Source: the human T2T-CHM13v2.0 reference genome, Homo sapiens. From it: DNA of 64,000 bases. The translations under genes and the position numbers were made by a program. The number at the start of each line of letters is the position of its first letter. Position 1 is the first letter of the stretch. The notes below the pieces were generated by a model. The model saw only the letters and a program-made list of their open reading frames with translations. It had not been told where the DNA came from and ran no database searches. The stretch lies in the NCBI RefSeq assembly GCF_009914755.1, contig NC_060930.1, one strand, 5' to 3'. Shown here in pieces: positions 45,480 through 62,574 of the stretch.

Positions 45480-46100
45480 TAATCAGCAAGTATTTATTGA
45501 GTACTAACTCCCACAATGCATATTAGGAGTGCTTTGAGGGAATATTTAGAGGAATTAGGCATGGTCTCTGACATCCGGAAGCTTAAAACCATGCAAGAGA
45601 GACAGATACATACATGAATAATTAATATTAAGTGGATGGTGATAAGTGTGACAACAGAGACAGGAATGAAGAGCTATGTTCAGTCAACAAACATTTCACA
45701 TGCACTGTCTGCCACTTTGTTGGGATACAAAAATAAATTAGTCTTTTTGTCTTTCAAACAAGAAACTGATTTTTTATACATATATCACAAAACAATATAA
45801 AGTGCACAGCAGCTCTCCAAAAAAGCGGGGGATTCACTGGGCAAAGAGGGAATTTTGTTGGAGGAGAAACGCCTGGAGCAGAATTTAGGAGGACTTAATA
45901 GGAATTCACCAAGCTGACAAGCCAAAGAAATGTTATCCCAATAGGGGGAATCATCTGTGCAAAAATCACCAGAGAACACAGCTCATTTGAGGGCCACAGA
46001 CTCATGGGGTTGTTCTGTTGCCAAGCTCAGCAGTTAGACTACAGTTAGCAGAGAAAGTGAGACCTGGGATGATGGTATAGGGATGAGGTTTTGCAGGACA
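45480..46100 (-). mobile_element. L2 fragments
   Basis: caagtatttattgagtactaact and ttcagtcaacaaacattt L2 termini. Confidence 0.6.
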
Positions 46101-46547
46101 GTAGGTACCATTTTCAATCAGGATTTATGAACTGTAGTTTGGAGATAAGTTTATATACTTTTCTATCAATAATCTAACATTACCTACATTGAAAACATAC
46201 AACAAATGCTTCTATGAATTATAAAAAGTAGAAGGGGTTACATAAGCATCTGGAAGACCTTTGAAACCTATCACAAGAAGAATGCAAATTTCAAAAACTT
46301 TAAGTTCCAAGACAAAGCCTGGTTTGAAAATTTTAAAAAAGAGAGTCATCAGATGATCAAACCTACAATCACTACAGTAAAATTTTCTGAACATGTGAAG
46401 AAGCTGATTCATTCAAGAGACATGCCACCAAGTTTGTTTTGGAAGAATACTGGGTAGATCATTCAGAATCTACTAAGTTTAAGTATATGCTTAATGTCAT
46501 TTTCTAATTGTTTTTCTCCTAACCCCTTATTTCCTCTAAGACTTTGA

Positions 46548-46966
<419 letters not shown>

Positions 46967-47289
46967 TGCTGTGGTACTTTTCAAGAACACTATTCTTGCA
47001 GTTGGTGAGGGGAAGCTACGGTTCCATGAGAATACCTGGTAGGGCAAGAATTGGGTAGAGAAGGAAGTAAAGTCAGGAGGATGACAGACTGGGAGAAAAC
47101 GGCAGAGGTAAGACACTCATGGTCTGGATACAATTCAAGAATAAAGATGCAGAGGTGCTGGGTGAGATAAGATGCTACAGTCAACAAGTGAAACCTAACA
47201 TTTCAGAGGTAGCACATTTCAGGGTTGTAAATTCTAACCTGGTCATATAGTATATGTCTGTGAATTGAAATGGATGATCATTACTTTAA

Positions 47290-47560
47290 TTAATAGCTAA
47301 CACTTACTGAGTTCTAATTATGTGCCAGATAGGTTTCTGTTACTATCTGCTTTAACTCACTTAACATATTTAATGACCCTATACATAAAAACTCTCATTA
47401 TTATCATTTTTCAAATAAAAAATACTGAGGAACAAGGTATACAGATTGCATGACTTTCACAAGATCATAGTTAACTGGCATCAGTACCATGATTCAAACC
47501 CAGGCAGTCTCTGGCTGGAGCACACTGTACACTTAACTGCTATTGAGTATTGCCTCTCTG
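47290..47560 (-). mobile_element. MIR
   Basis: aatagctaacacttactgag...tatgtgccag...gattcaaacccaggcagtct. Confidence 0.78.
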
Positions 47561-48489
47561 GCATCAAAGAATTTGGTGAGAGCTCTTTCAGCTTAGGCTA
47601 GGTATTGATTGGATAGCAATCCATGTGGATGTTCAATGATGTGGATCATTCATGCTTACAAGGGTTATCCATGTGGTTAATAGCATGAATTAGCCCTTCT
47701 GTGTCCTTCATGAATGTGTAGGAGAAGCCTACACAGAGTGAACCTCCAAGAAGGAAAGGCATTTATGGAAAAAAAAAAAAAAGGAACTGGTATGACAACG
47801 TGGAGTTAGAAGGCTGCAAACGACTACTTCCTGCTGAGGTAGTAGGAAACTGAGGGCCACTGAAGAGGGGTATAAATAAAGCCACAAAAATGTAGATGCA
47901 GATGTGTTGGGAGCAAATCCTAGGCAGAAGGACAGCTGGAACAAAGCTAGAGTGCACAGGATATGTTCAGGGAATAGCAGGTAGACAGAATGTAATTGAG
48001 AGCCATACAGCTGGAAGAATAGACAAGAACCAAAATGCAGACAGCATTGACTGCCATGATGACTCAGCCTTTTCTCAGAAGAAATTGCCACAGATGGTTT
48101 GCGCAATGGGAATGACATGGCCAGATCTGTTTCAGGAGGGTGAGACTCAAGCGTGAATGTAAGAGGCCACACCATCTAGAGTCAGCAGTGAGACACGCAC
48201 TGGTGAGCCTCTGCCTGGCACCAACTGCAGCCCTCACCGTGTGTAAGTTAAGACACTACTGCAAGGACAAGACAAAAAGTAGGACAGAAAGACAGAACAC
48301 AAAGACAACTTGAAGGAAAAATCTGTAAGACTTGTTGAGTGTGTGCCCCCTCCACCTAGCCACTCCACCATGTCTACAAAGATTGAACGACTGCCCCACA
48401 GTGTGAAGGGACTTTCCACATGGGACTTCAGTCACAGACCTTGAAGCAGACCTGATGGAATGAATGAAGAAAAAAATGGCTTCCTTTCA

Positions 48490-48830
<341 letters not shown>

Positions 48831-49089
48831 AAAATGAACTCAAAATACACTTGTAATTTTAAAAAATGCTAATCCTGATATGCCTTCTTAAAAAAAACAA
48901 ACCCTGTTTCTTTTTAAAAAATTACCAGTTAATCTATTTTCATTTTCAATAAAACTCAAAAAGAAAAACAACTAATTTTGTACTGAAGCAGACAGACTTG
49001 TGGTTTGATTTTTTGGACTACTTTGGTATATTTGAACTACTTCCTTCTGGCATAACTGTATTTGGCTTAATTCTACAAGATATAATGAA

Positions 49090-49322
49090 GCACAGTGGTG
49101 AGGAGTTCAGGATTGGGGGTCAAACAATCCTAGCTCTGCCTTGATCTAGCCATGTTGACCTTGGACAAGTTTACTCAACCGCTGAGTCTCAGCCTCTAAA
49201 GCGGGAATAGAAGAGCACTCCTTTAGCACTGTTGAAGGATGGCATGAGGTGGCGTGGGTAATGCTGTACATCATTAGCATGCAGAGTTATTGCTCAATAA
49301 ATGTTAGATGCCATTGCTGTTG
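49090..49322 (+). mobile_element. MIR
   Basis: aatcctagctctgcc...gaccttggacaagtt...gctcaataaatgttag. Confidence 0.75.
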
Positions 49323-49468
49323 TTACAACAAATAGTCCTCCTCAATTATACACGCAAAATGTCAACATTGCTGAAACTAAATTTCATCTGGGAAAAGGGT
49401 ACTGGGGAGCTGAAGAATGACAGAACTTATAAAACAGGGTTCTTTCCCTGAAGAAAAGAAAGGTTTTT

Positions 49469-49775
49469 GGCTGGGTGCTGTGGCTTATGCCTGTAATCCC
49501 AGCACCTTGGGAGGCCGAGGCGGGTGGATCAACTGAGGTCAGGAGTTTGAGACCAGCCTGGCCAACATGGCGAAACCCTGTCTCTACTTAAAATACAAAA
49601 ATTAGCCGGGTGTGGTGGCGCGTGCCTGTAGATCCAGCTACTTGGGAGGTTGAGGCAGGAGAATCGCTGAACCCAGGAGGCGGAGGTTGCAGTGAGCCAA
49701 GATCACGCCACTGCACTCCAGCCTGGGCAACAGAGTGAGACTCTGTCTCAGAAAAAAAAAAAAGGAAAAAAAAAA
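49469..49775 (+). mobile_element. AluS
   Basis: TSD aaaggtttt. Confidence 0.95.
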
Positions 49776-49826
49776 GGTTTTAAAGAAAATATGTATGATA
49801 GAGGAAGGGAAAGAATGGAGAATGGG

Positions 49827-50146
<320 letters not shown>

Positions 50147-50931
50147 TTATATAAATATGTATAAAGTTGGACACATTTATAAGAACTAAACTATGATATT
50201 AATTTCTTTAGAAAAGAGCCAAGAGCAGTATGCTACAAACACTTCAGGACAACCACACCTGACATCTGGTCTCACATACAGCCATACCTACATGTAAGGT
50301 ACAATACAGCTCCATGACAGTGAAACTGAGGCCAAGGTAACTGACAAAATGGACATAGGAATAACAGTCTAAAATTTAACAATAGTCCGTATTTAAAAAT
50401 AGATCCAACATTTTAAAATGTGCATTTACTTTCTCAATTTGATAAGTAGTGGGTATTACCCATATCGCTAGCTAGAGAACATAGAAGTACTGTCTCATTA
50501 CCTGAAAAGATAGAGAACCTAGAAGTACTGTCTCATGACCTGAAAAGCTGGCAATAAAAGGTGAAGCAAACACATGGTCTATATGTGTATTTCCAAAATT
50601 AGAAACAGAAACCAAGGGACCAAACAGCTTTCAGTTTCCTTTCCCAAAACAGCTTGAATTTTTGAGTACCAAAAAGTAGGATATTATTACCAATGTAAGA
50701 GGTATCCTACAGGCCAGAATCAAGCATTTATAGTTTAATAGTTTGACTACTGAAGTCCAATGAAATGAATAGTAAGACAATTTTTTTTAAATTAACTGTT
50801 AGTTTTTGTCAAAAAATTTTTTAAATTAACTGTTAGTTTTTGTCAAAAATGTTGTCTGCAATAAAGATGTGCCAACTTTATAACAGAAGCAATAAACTTC
50901 TGAAATAAAGTCAGTAACAGCAAAGTCTTAA

Positions 50932-51276
<345 letters not shown>

Positions 51277-51768
51277 TAAATTCAAGTTTTATAAGTTAAT
51301 TTCATTATTTTAAAACTCTGATGATCCCAAAAACTCTTTTAGAGGTATAACAGTTTATAAATATAATACAATGAAATTCTAATGTTTTGAATTAGTATTT
51401 TTCTTTCTGCCCTGTGCACATTATCTGGCACTCAGCAAGACTCAAGTTTTGACACATAGGCCAAACCATCTCCACTGACTGAGGGGTGAAACCCAGAGTA
51501 GTGACCCTCCACCACTGACCGCAGCCCTTCGGGTGTGCATCAAATGCCTTGCAAATAATTTGTATTCAAACAATTCTTGTTAGAGGACTCAGTCAACCTA
51601 TCAGTGAGTTACCAACCTCTCCTGATATCAGGTTCCTCTCCACTATGACAAGAGTAACTATAAATACACTTCTAATAAAAACTTTGTTGGATAAAAACAC
51701 TTTTTTAAAATAAAAGAAATTTAATGTCACTCAGGTTGAGTTTAAAATCTAAAATACAAGCTTTCTTT

Positions 51769-52480
<712 letters not shown>

Positions 52481-53145
52481 TACAAGCTTTCTTTTGCAAC
52501 TGAGGTACCATCACTTGATAGAGTGACAGAAGAACATTCAGAAACCAAAATTTCCCCTTCTGGGAAAGAAACCCAGGTTCAGTTCTATCACCCAAACTGG
52601 GAGTGATCTTGATAACAGCATCAGCCTGCCTGACCTTCCGTAGGACGCAGGTTTGAATCAGACACCTATACTTCAAGCTCCCTGCACTTGGAGCCTGGAC
52701 TTCCCTGGCTTCCAACTGTTCTCACCCTAAGCACTTATTAGCATATAGACAATGCTTATTAAATTCTACTGAATAAACCAACAGAACCCCCATTTCCCAT
52801 TTCTTTATTTGGGACATGCCACCCTTGTTGAGTTTTATCATGCATCTTCAAGTCTCTTTTTTCCATCTCTGACTTCATGTTTGTTTTTAAAACTATCTTA
52901 CAGTAAGTCTATTGATGGCTGGAAGAAGGGATCACATGAAAATAAACACATCCTCCCAGTAATGATTTGGAAGCACTGAGAAAAGGTTACTTGTTTCTCA
53001 TGGTATCCTCCCTGTCCAGGTACTGGCCTCTGAACAGAGAAACTCCAAACAGACACTGATGGTAAAAGGAGAATTTGTTGAGAACATATTTCTATAATTT
53101 CTCCTTTTCAGAACTCTTCTGAAACTTCAGACTTCCTTATATCTA

Positions 53146-53332
<187 letters not shown>

Positions 53333-55449
53333 TAAGCATCTTGTAGCTTCTGAATAAACTGAGACTGGTCCCTTTTACTAAGAGAATACTCTGAACTCAG
53401 AATAGCAAAGGGCAGGCAGGACGGGATTACGGGAGGAGCAGGGAGCTGGAATGTAGCTGTTCCCAGGACGGATTCTGAAACATTCTATGGGTTTGGGAAA
53501 CTCACAGAATTTTCAGAATTCGTGGATACTAACATTTTATACACAGTGGGCACTCAATAATTAGTTGAGTATTTTTCTTTTCAATGAATCAACTTCTTAT
53601 GCTTAAAATAATCTTGCATGGGTACTTCAAACATTCCTTGCTCTTACAGCAATTTAGCCACATGGAGCTGGAGCCTGTTCCAAAAAGTGCAAAATGGAAG
53701 AACTTCACCATTATTAAAAAGTTCCACCCCTGCTATTCCAGCAGGAGACACAAGATTTAGGAGAAATGTTATATTGAGAGGCAGGTGAGGACAAACAGCT
53801 GTCTGTGTTTCCTTCATTCATGTTCTCAACTCAAAGGATGCATAAGGAGGGGATGGTGAACTCAGCTGAGCCCTGGAAGTTGCAGGGTGTTTGTCAGTAA
53901 CATCAGGGAAGAAAGGATCTGGTGTCAATCCACCGAGGGGGGATTGACTAAGTCATTCATCGACAATCTCCTGAAACTGAAGGAAAATCCACAGGGACCG
54001 GGATTGATGGAGACGCAAAATGGGACAGAAAGGCGGGCTGAGGAAACCAACTTTCAGGGAAGTGGTTATTACCTGGATGGAATCTGGAAACACCACCCAG
54101 CCCTGAGCTCATCAAAGCACAAGCTGAGGCTCAGTGCCAGCCTGTTTGTCAACTGTTGCTGGATCCCAGAGGAGAGATAACAATGTCTTCCAAGGTATGG
54201 GCCACAATCTCACCTTCCTTTAGAGGTCACATGCCACGATACCTCCCTCCCCTCAACACTTACAAAAGTATCAGTCCCTGATGGAATTCAAAAGGAAAAA
54301 GAAATGGTCCTTTATCACAGATGTTTCGAGAAGCACATAATCCAAGGCCATTTCTTAGTCTAAAGAATGTTCAGGTTAGAAGGCAAATCTCAAGTACCCA
54401 TTACTAAATGCCAGAATAAGTGAAACATTTTAAATTTTTATTGCTTTTAAACTACATTATTTATAGTGACCCTTGTTTTTCACTAAAAAAGTGATGCTCT
54501 CTCTTCTGAAAGTCTTTAAAATATGCTGCCCAGAAGCTGAGTAGAATTAATTCAGAATAGATTTTCATTTCTATGCAATCAACCAGTTAATATAATTAAA
54601 AAAAATTACAATAAAATACAAAACTTGAGATGAATATGAGTACATCCACAATAACTATTAATTTAACACAATAATGTTTACATGGTCTATATGGGCATTT
54701 GCAAAATTAAAATCATACACATGCAAATGGGAAGTTTTATAAGATACATGACATTATTTTATGAAATCACTATCCACCAATAACGGATCCTCAGCCCTTT
54801 TTTCAAATGTCCTTCTGAAAAACAACACAGAGACGACTCTAGTCACGGGTCACAGGCATCAGGTAAAGTGTGTGGCAGGGTCTCTGTGGAGCAGGGTCTC
54901 TGTAGGGTGTTCTCCAGGCCACCTCACAGAGCTCCTGCTGCTAATTGCCATGGCTGCAATTCCCAGTTTGGGCGAGCCTAGTAAGAAACTCACCCTGCGT
55001 TAACCAAAACAAAATTAAGCAGAGAAAACATGGCTCTTGTGCAATTCTCTTGTCATGTCTTCAAAAGTATCACACAGTGAGGCTTTCCCAAAATGCAGCA
55101 TGAAGCATCAAGAATTAAGCATCCCTGTGAGGTCATTCTCAGGATGAAATACACACTGGCCTATCTGCCACTATTAAAGACTTGACTTCAATTAATACAC
55201 CTTCTGATGGACTCATACATTTAACTACCTGGTTTTGGTTTTATTTCCAAGATTGGTTTTCCATTTATGTGAGAGCTTGTACCTTGAGAGCATTTATCTA
55301 TGGTAGCATAAGAGATAATATATTTGACTTTTCTACATTAGGGAGTCAGAACCAAACTTCATGCTCCATGTAATAGCTTCAGGGTTATTAGCTGAATAAT
55401 CCCTTAGGTTACAGTTGAGACACACAAACGGCCTTTTATGAGAGTCAGT

Positions 55450-55612
55450 CCAGGAGCAGGGATGCAGAAGCCAGACTGCCCAGGTTCCATTCTTGCCTCC
55501 ACCACTTTGTAGGGACCTTGGACCTGGTGCTTAAGCTCTCAGTGCCTCAGTTACCTCACCTGTCAAATAGAGCTGGTGTGGGGTTAAGTGAATTAACATA
55601 TTATAAAGCTTT
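55450..55612 (+). mobile_element. MIR
   Basis: agccagactgcccaggttc...ctctcagtgcctcagttacctcacctgtcaaat. Confidence 0.75.
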
Positions 55613-55891
55613 TAAAAGCAGCAGAGTAACACACGCGATGCAAGGCCCCTCATTTTCAGCCATTTATTTTACCTACAAACTTCTTTTCTCCATCTTCCAT
55701 AGAAGCAGCTGTCATTGCTGATGCCAGATGCTTGCAGTTTGACAGCGTGCAGGACCTGCCACCTTGAGGACTCTGGGAGCAAGAGACCCCCTGACTCAGC
55801 AGCCTACTGATTCTGTAGGACATCACTGCAGAACCATGTAGTTTCAATGTCACATCGAGTTGAATCACCAGGACAGGAAAATTACAGTTCA

Positions 55892-56178
55892 GGCCAGGCA
55901 CAGTGGCTCACGCCTGTAATCGCAGCACTTTGGGAGGCTAAGGCAGGTGGATCACTTGAGTCCAGGAGCTTGAGACCAGCCTGGGCAACATGACAAAACA
56001 CCGTCTCTACTAAAAAGACAAAAATTAGCTGGGTGTGGTAGCAAGAGCCTATAGTCCCAGCTACCCAAGAGGCTGAGGTGGTAGGATCATTGCAGTAAGC
56101 CAAGATGGCACCACTGCACTCAAGCCTGGGTGACAGAGAGCCAGTCTCAAAAAAAAAAAAAAAAAAAAAATAAAATAA
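55892..56178 (+). mobile_element. Alu (J/S) with a right-arm deletion
   Basis: TSD aaattacagttca. Confidence 0.93.
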
Positions 56179-57317
56179 ATTACAGTTCAAATGAATCCCA
56201 TGTCTATTACAAATGAGATTTTAGGAGGCATGCTAACTGGGCAGGATGGCGTTTCTCATCCTGATTCCCAATACAGACCTGGGAGCTACAAATGAGTCTC
56301 TGCCAATGACATGTCTGTGACAAAAGTCACACTAGTGGCAAGCGTTCATGGCAGTATTATTCTCTAGGTTAGGAAATATGACATTAAAAATCTTCATTGT
56401 GGACAGCAAACTAGGAATACAAGGATTTTGATTCTAGACCTACATAAACCTAAAAGCAGTCAAGGGGGGATCCAAGGACCCATTTTAAATTACATCCAAC
56501 CACATTACAGAATAAATAAATGGGTAGGTAATAAGGAGCTTGCCCTCATGTGAAACCTCACTGTGTATATGACTTTCCTATAACGCCTGTTACCTTCCCA
56601 GAGCAGAATTCACTATGAGGCAAACCTGAGACCAATCTAAGGATGGCTAAAATAAGGTTGCAAGTTTCTCTTCCTGTTATGCTACAAACCCCATCAGGCT
56701 AGCTGCCATGTCTGAATCGGTTTTTATTACCTGCATTCCACTTAACAGCATTTTATTTGAATCTACTATTTATGCAGTTAAAAAGAAACAAATCTTTTTT
56801 CCATTAGACAAACTCACAACATAGACCCAATGAACACCATTATGATGATGGAATTCTTCAGAATAACACAGTCTCCTCAAATTGTATAGGAAACTCATTA
56901 TTTGTGCAAGATATTTAGAGATTCACAACAACAGGAAAATACAAATGAATGGACAGGTTAAGAAATTTATTTAGTTTAGAGGAGAGCCCCAGGTATGAAC
57001 AAGTGGCATTAAACTTTGCAGATTCTCCTATTAATATAACCCTGAGTATTATTGGTGAAGTAACAGTAGTGTAGTACTGCATTAGCAACTTAGTTCTCTC
57101 TTCCAAAAGGCATGAAGAAGGGAAGAATCTGTTAAATATTCGAAACTCATAATCTCAATACAACAAGCTATAAATAAAGCCACCATTACTATTGCAATAC
57201 TTGAATGGACCAGGTCAACTTTACAAAAAAAAAAAAAAAATTCTCCACTAGACACTGTGCCCATAACCTTCATGGAGCTGCCACTGGGCTTGGTGTTGCT
57301 GTCCCCAAGATCACTAG

Positions 57318-57740
<423 letters not shown>

Positions 57741-57899
57741 TTACACATGGTTCTTGACACCTTATCTTATTCATCAATCCTTACCACTATTGAGGTGGAC
57801 TCATTAGCTCCATTTCTCAGATGAGTAAACTGCTCACAAGACTAAGTAAAAGGCAAAACTAGGATTAAAACCTAGTTCAGGGCCTTTAATATATCCCCT

Positions 57900-58495
57900 T
57901 AACAACGTAGCTAACTTTGCAACCAGAATTATCTTTTTCAAATAAATTTCCTATCATTTACCTGGCTTAAAATCCTGCAACAATGCCTTAATGCACTTGG
58001 GATAAACAAATACCAAGTTCCAGATTGTCGTCTGTAGGATATGGTAAATGCTGCCCACCTTTCCCAGCTCCCATTTCCTTTCCACCCTCCAAGAATTCAT
58101 AACACTTCCACTTTGGAGGCTTCAAGCTACTGCCCCCTCTGCCAGGAATACCCTCCCCTGCTGGTTCTTTCTCCCCCTTGGTCCAGAGAGGCATTCCCTG
58201 ACCTTCCTGTCCTGGAATTCTGTTTCCTCGTGGCACCTGTTGCACTTTCTCGGAGTCATGGTTTGTTGTCTGTCTTGTCCCCTTTACAGAGCTGCACCAA
58301 CAGGATGCCTAGGTCTGCCCTGCTTGGTGTCATGGACCCCACACCAGGCACATGGTAAGCACCTGGCCTGGCTAGAGACACCCATCTCGTTCCAAGCAGA
58401 GGCCGGGTCACACTCACCCTGGGTTCTCTCCTATCGGGTCTGGCATAGTGCTTGACGTGCAGCAGAGGATAAATGTTTACTGAATAAATACATAC
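57900..58495 (+). mobile_element. L2
   Basis: ggcttaaaatcctgcaa...ctggcatagtg...ataaatgtttactgaataaa. Confidence 0.62.
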
Positions 58496-58889
58496 ATGCA
58501 TAAAAAATAGTCTCAGAACTGTAGACCAAAAGAATGTAAATGTCCCACACTGCCATTTATGACAAGTTGTACTTAAACGGCAGCCTATTTTTACATAAAT
58601 AACAGTTACATTTATTTTACTACTACAGAAAAATGATTATTTTATGTCTGTTAACTACTAATTTGGAGTCCTTTTCACAGGAATGTGTTGCTGGTTTATT
58701 TACTGGATTACTCAGTAGCTCTTAAAGTGGCAGGTATCAAGTGGGGAAGCTAATTCCCACTTCTGGGTCTCAGCAGGTATGTGTGTCGAGTTATCTAAAT
58801 GGACCTTGTGTTTTCTTGGGGCTGCCTTCCTACAGGTAAGAGAAGTATCACTTGGAATTGAAAGCACTCCCATCCCCAGGCATCTGCAC

Positions 58890-59250
58890 AAGAAGCTCCC
58901 TCTGCCTGGAAAGCCCTCTCCAGGGCTTGCTCCTCAGAGGAGTGTTCCCCGTACTCCCTACATTAATGTTGAGGCTGCCTGCACCACCTCCATCCCACCT
59001 GCATCCTGCTTGGCCCTGTCACTCAGTCTCCTATCACTGTGCTTTGTTTCCTTCTCAGCACCTTTCGCCATGTTAAACCATTTCATTATTTATTTGCTTA
59101 TTATCCACAGGTCTCCCCTGGATCTGACAGTTATAAGATCCACGGAAAGAGAGGCTTTGTCTATCTTGTTCTCTGATACATTCCCAGTGCCTACAGGGTT
59201 GTCAGGCACGAAATAGTCACTCAGTAAGTATCTCTTAAATGAATGGACAG
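58890..59250 (+). mobile_element. L2 3' end
   Basis: ccctctgcctggaa...cccagtgcctac...ggcacgaaatagtcactcagtaagtatct...aatgaatg. Confidence 0.72.
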
Positions 59251-60791
59251 ATGCAGTCCTTGGCTCACATCAACGGATCACTTGTAACATTTGAGAAAAT
59301 GGTGATGTTTCCCTGAATAACTCCACTCTTTGGATTGAAGACCAAGTAAACATACATATAGTGCTGTGTTTTTACAAATGCTTTAATAGTGAAAATTGCA
59401 AACACATACGAATGGAATGTGAACAGCATCACATAACATCACAAAACATCACAGCACATCACAAAACAGTAGAAAGTATCCCTCTTCAACAATTACCAAT
59501 ACATGGCCAGTCTTGCACAGGTAAAGTACTACGTACTTAATGCTGCTAAAATAAGACCGTTGAGAGAATTTCAAAAGTTATATTAATGTCTGATCCAACA
59601 TGGATTCATATTCAACTTAGGGAAACAAACTAGCAGATTATAAATTTCCAAAGGGCTCATCTAAGTTTCACATGGTGCTGAGAATAGTAATCACTCCTTT
59701 TCTCAGAGACTTCAACCCTCCTATATATCCAGAGTAAGAAAGCTGTGAGTATCAAAAATAGATGTTCTACAGCCCCAAGGGGTCAGCCATGTCTCCACTC
59801 CTAATGCACTCAGTGGCTGCTTTACCTACCCTGATTTGACCTGTTCTATTATCTAGTTTTCCAGCACACACAGCAGATACGACAGCTAACAAGCAGGGCT
59901 GTGAGACAGGGTGGCAGCCGAACGGTGTCTCCTGGCAGCCCAATACTGTGACAAGAGGTGAAAGCTGAGGGCAACCCAAGCCCCTTTCACCATGTGGAAA
60001 ATAATGGATGCTCATGATGACATCCAGCAGCCTCTGGCTCTGCTACGACAGTGAAGAAATACAGCAAAACAGTGCAGGACCAGTGTTTGAAGGAATAAGC
60101 TCCAGTGATCTGAAAAATTAACTTCTATTAAAATACTCATGGAAGGGAAGACATAAGCAGCAGGTTGAGTTAGAAGAAAATTTTTTGTTGGATTAGGATT
60201 TATTTTAGATAAAGATTCTAGACAATTTCAATGATTTAGGATTAAGCTTGCTTGGTTTCTGTTTTAGTGTTTTGACCAAAAGGGTGTAATTACATGTAGT
60301 TTTCGTCCCAGTCTCTATTACATGGTCCAGGTCAAGAAAACAGGAGTGACCAACAGAAGAAAACATACTCCAATGAGGCACGAAATGAAAAGGTGCAACT
60401 GGGTATGCCCAAATCAGCAGGCCTCAAACCTGTCATGAAACATGTCTAAAAAAAAAATACAAGGTAAATTAGCATTCCTAGCATCTTCACCTTCACTTCT
60501 CCCCCACTTACCAAAAATGAAAGGTGGGAAGGAGAGAGGATAGGAAGAACACTTTTTTCTTTTACAATCATCAAGGAGAACAATCATTTTCATTAGTGTT
60601 TCTATACACAAAATCTTTCTCTGCTTGAGACATTAAAAAGAAAATTTTGGTCTGGGCCTTTTGGTTAGCTTCCTACTTTTCTGGAATACCATTCCAAGGA
60701 CAATGAATATCCTTTCAAAGCTGAGACCTTATTCTTTTCATCAATTTACAAAACTACGTATTCACTCTACTTTCATGTTAAAGTAATATGC

Positions 60792-61089
60792 GGCTGGGTG
60801 CGGTGGCTCACGCCTGTAATCCCAGCACTTTGGGAGGCCGAGGTGGGTGGATTACCTGAGGTCCGGAGTTCGAGACCAGCCTGGCCATCATGGTGAAACC
60901 CTGTCTCTACTAAAAATACAAAAATTAGCTGGGCCTGGGGGCGTGCACCTGTAATCCCAGCTACCCAGGAGGCTGAGGCAGGAGAATCTCTGGAACCAGG
61001 GAGGAAGAGGCTTCAGTGAGCCGAGATTGCACCACTGCACTCCAGCCTGGGTGATAGGGCAGGACTTTGTCTCAAAAAAAAAAAAAAAA
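60792..61089 (+). mobile_element. AluS
   Basis: TSD aaagtaatatgc. Confidence 0.95.
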
Positions 61090-62574
61090 GTAATATGCAT
61101 TGCTTAGAATAAACATTGTAAATTGAAAGTGAACTGCAAATAAGTTTGCCCTTAAAGGGTCATATCCTCCAAGATAAATGCTATCTTAAGGTACTGGAAA
61201 AATTCCACTGCAATCCTGAGGCCTACTAGGCAAATGGAACCAATGGAAACAATGAAAAATACATAAATGACACCTTTCCCAAAGATATTCAGAGAAGGAT
61301 TACTGCAGCAAGACACACTAATGTTAGTGTAGTTCAGAGTAGGGGGTCCCATAATCAAACATGTTTTTTAATGCCTGCCTCTATAAGCCCCCAACTTAAA
61401 AATTCCCAAAGCATGGTAGCATATCAAGTGCACTGAGAAGTTGTGCAGTAAATAAACTGATTTAACTTTATTTTACTGCAGAGACATTCTTCCCTGCATG
61501 GCAAACATTAGCATCCAGTTCAAGGGAACACACTTCAAGGAAAGCTGACAAATCTCAAGTAACAATAACCAGCTAATACAGAAAAATACACTCACAGTCT
61601 TCACTTTATGAAGGAGGAAAAACATACTCAGAGACCTACTTTTAAAAATGTCAGAGGACCATAACAATGATGCCAGTAACCCCTTAGTACAATCTTTCCA
61701 GAAAGTTTTTCTACATTTGAAAATAAATGCAAACAGCTGAGCTTTTTATTCGCACTTTGATCATTTCCATTGGGGTATTTTAAAATGAGACAATGGGTGT
61801 GCCCCTTCACTGACTCCCTCAGTGAGGACACAATAGAACAGAACATCTGCCAATAACTGATGAGAATCAAGGTGGGGAGAGAGGAAGGGAGGAGAATGCC
61901 CTTGGAAAGCCAAGAGTGGGAAGAACAAAAACTCTTGGTGTCGTCCTGTGCTCTGAAGACTAGCCTGCTTCTGGTTAAACCACTTGGGCTCTTGGCTGGC
62001 CCCAATCTACCTAAAGCTCCAAAGCTTCCCCCAGTAGAAGTTTTGTTTTTTGCTTATAGACATTTCACTTTTCCTGCAAGTCCTATTAGTTGAGTGACTA
62101 AAAAATCTGCAGAGTTTACTTATAGAAGTACTTTTATTGATTAATCCAAAGAGAAACTTAAGCTTTTAAATCAGGTAAAAAGGGGCATCAAACACAATAC
62201 ATTGAACTTTTAATTAACAACACTGGAAGCATTTTTGGGCCCACAACAATTTAACTCACTTCAAGTCCAATTTAACTTATTTCAAGTCACTAGAAGGAGT
62301 GACCCCAGGGGAGGGCTCATCGACAAGATCCTGCAGACACAGGGCTTTAACTCCAGACCCAGGAGACTCAGGTCAACAGCTAACAGCCCCTGCAAAAGTC
62401 CATCACAGTCCATTCTCTAGAAGGTCTCCAGAAATGAGAACATCTAGTATTTCCACTAAGGAAAGCCAACAATTTGGAAATTCCCAACCCCCAACTCAAG
62501 GGATCTGTGGCAAGGTGACTTGAGGAGTTTGGAGTCCATGTTGTTTTCCAAACACCAGTGAAGAAACAAACCTG

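Noticed and set aside
58805-58842. Strong tacag|gtaaga AG-GT site
   Set aside because: On the + strand, antisense to KIF13A, with no supporting transcript structure.
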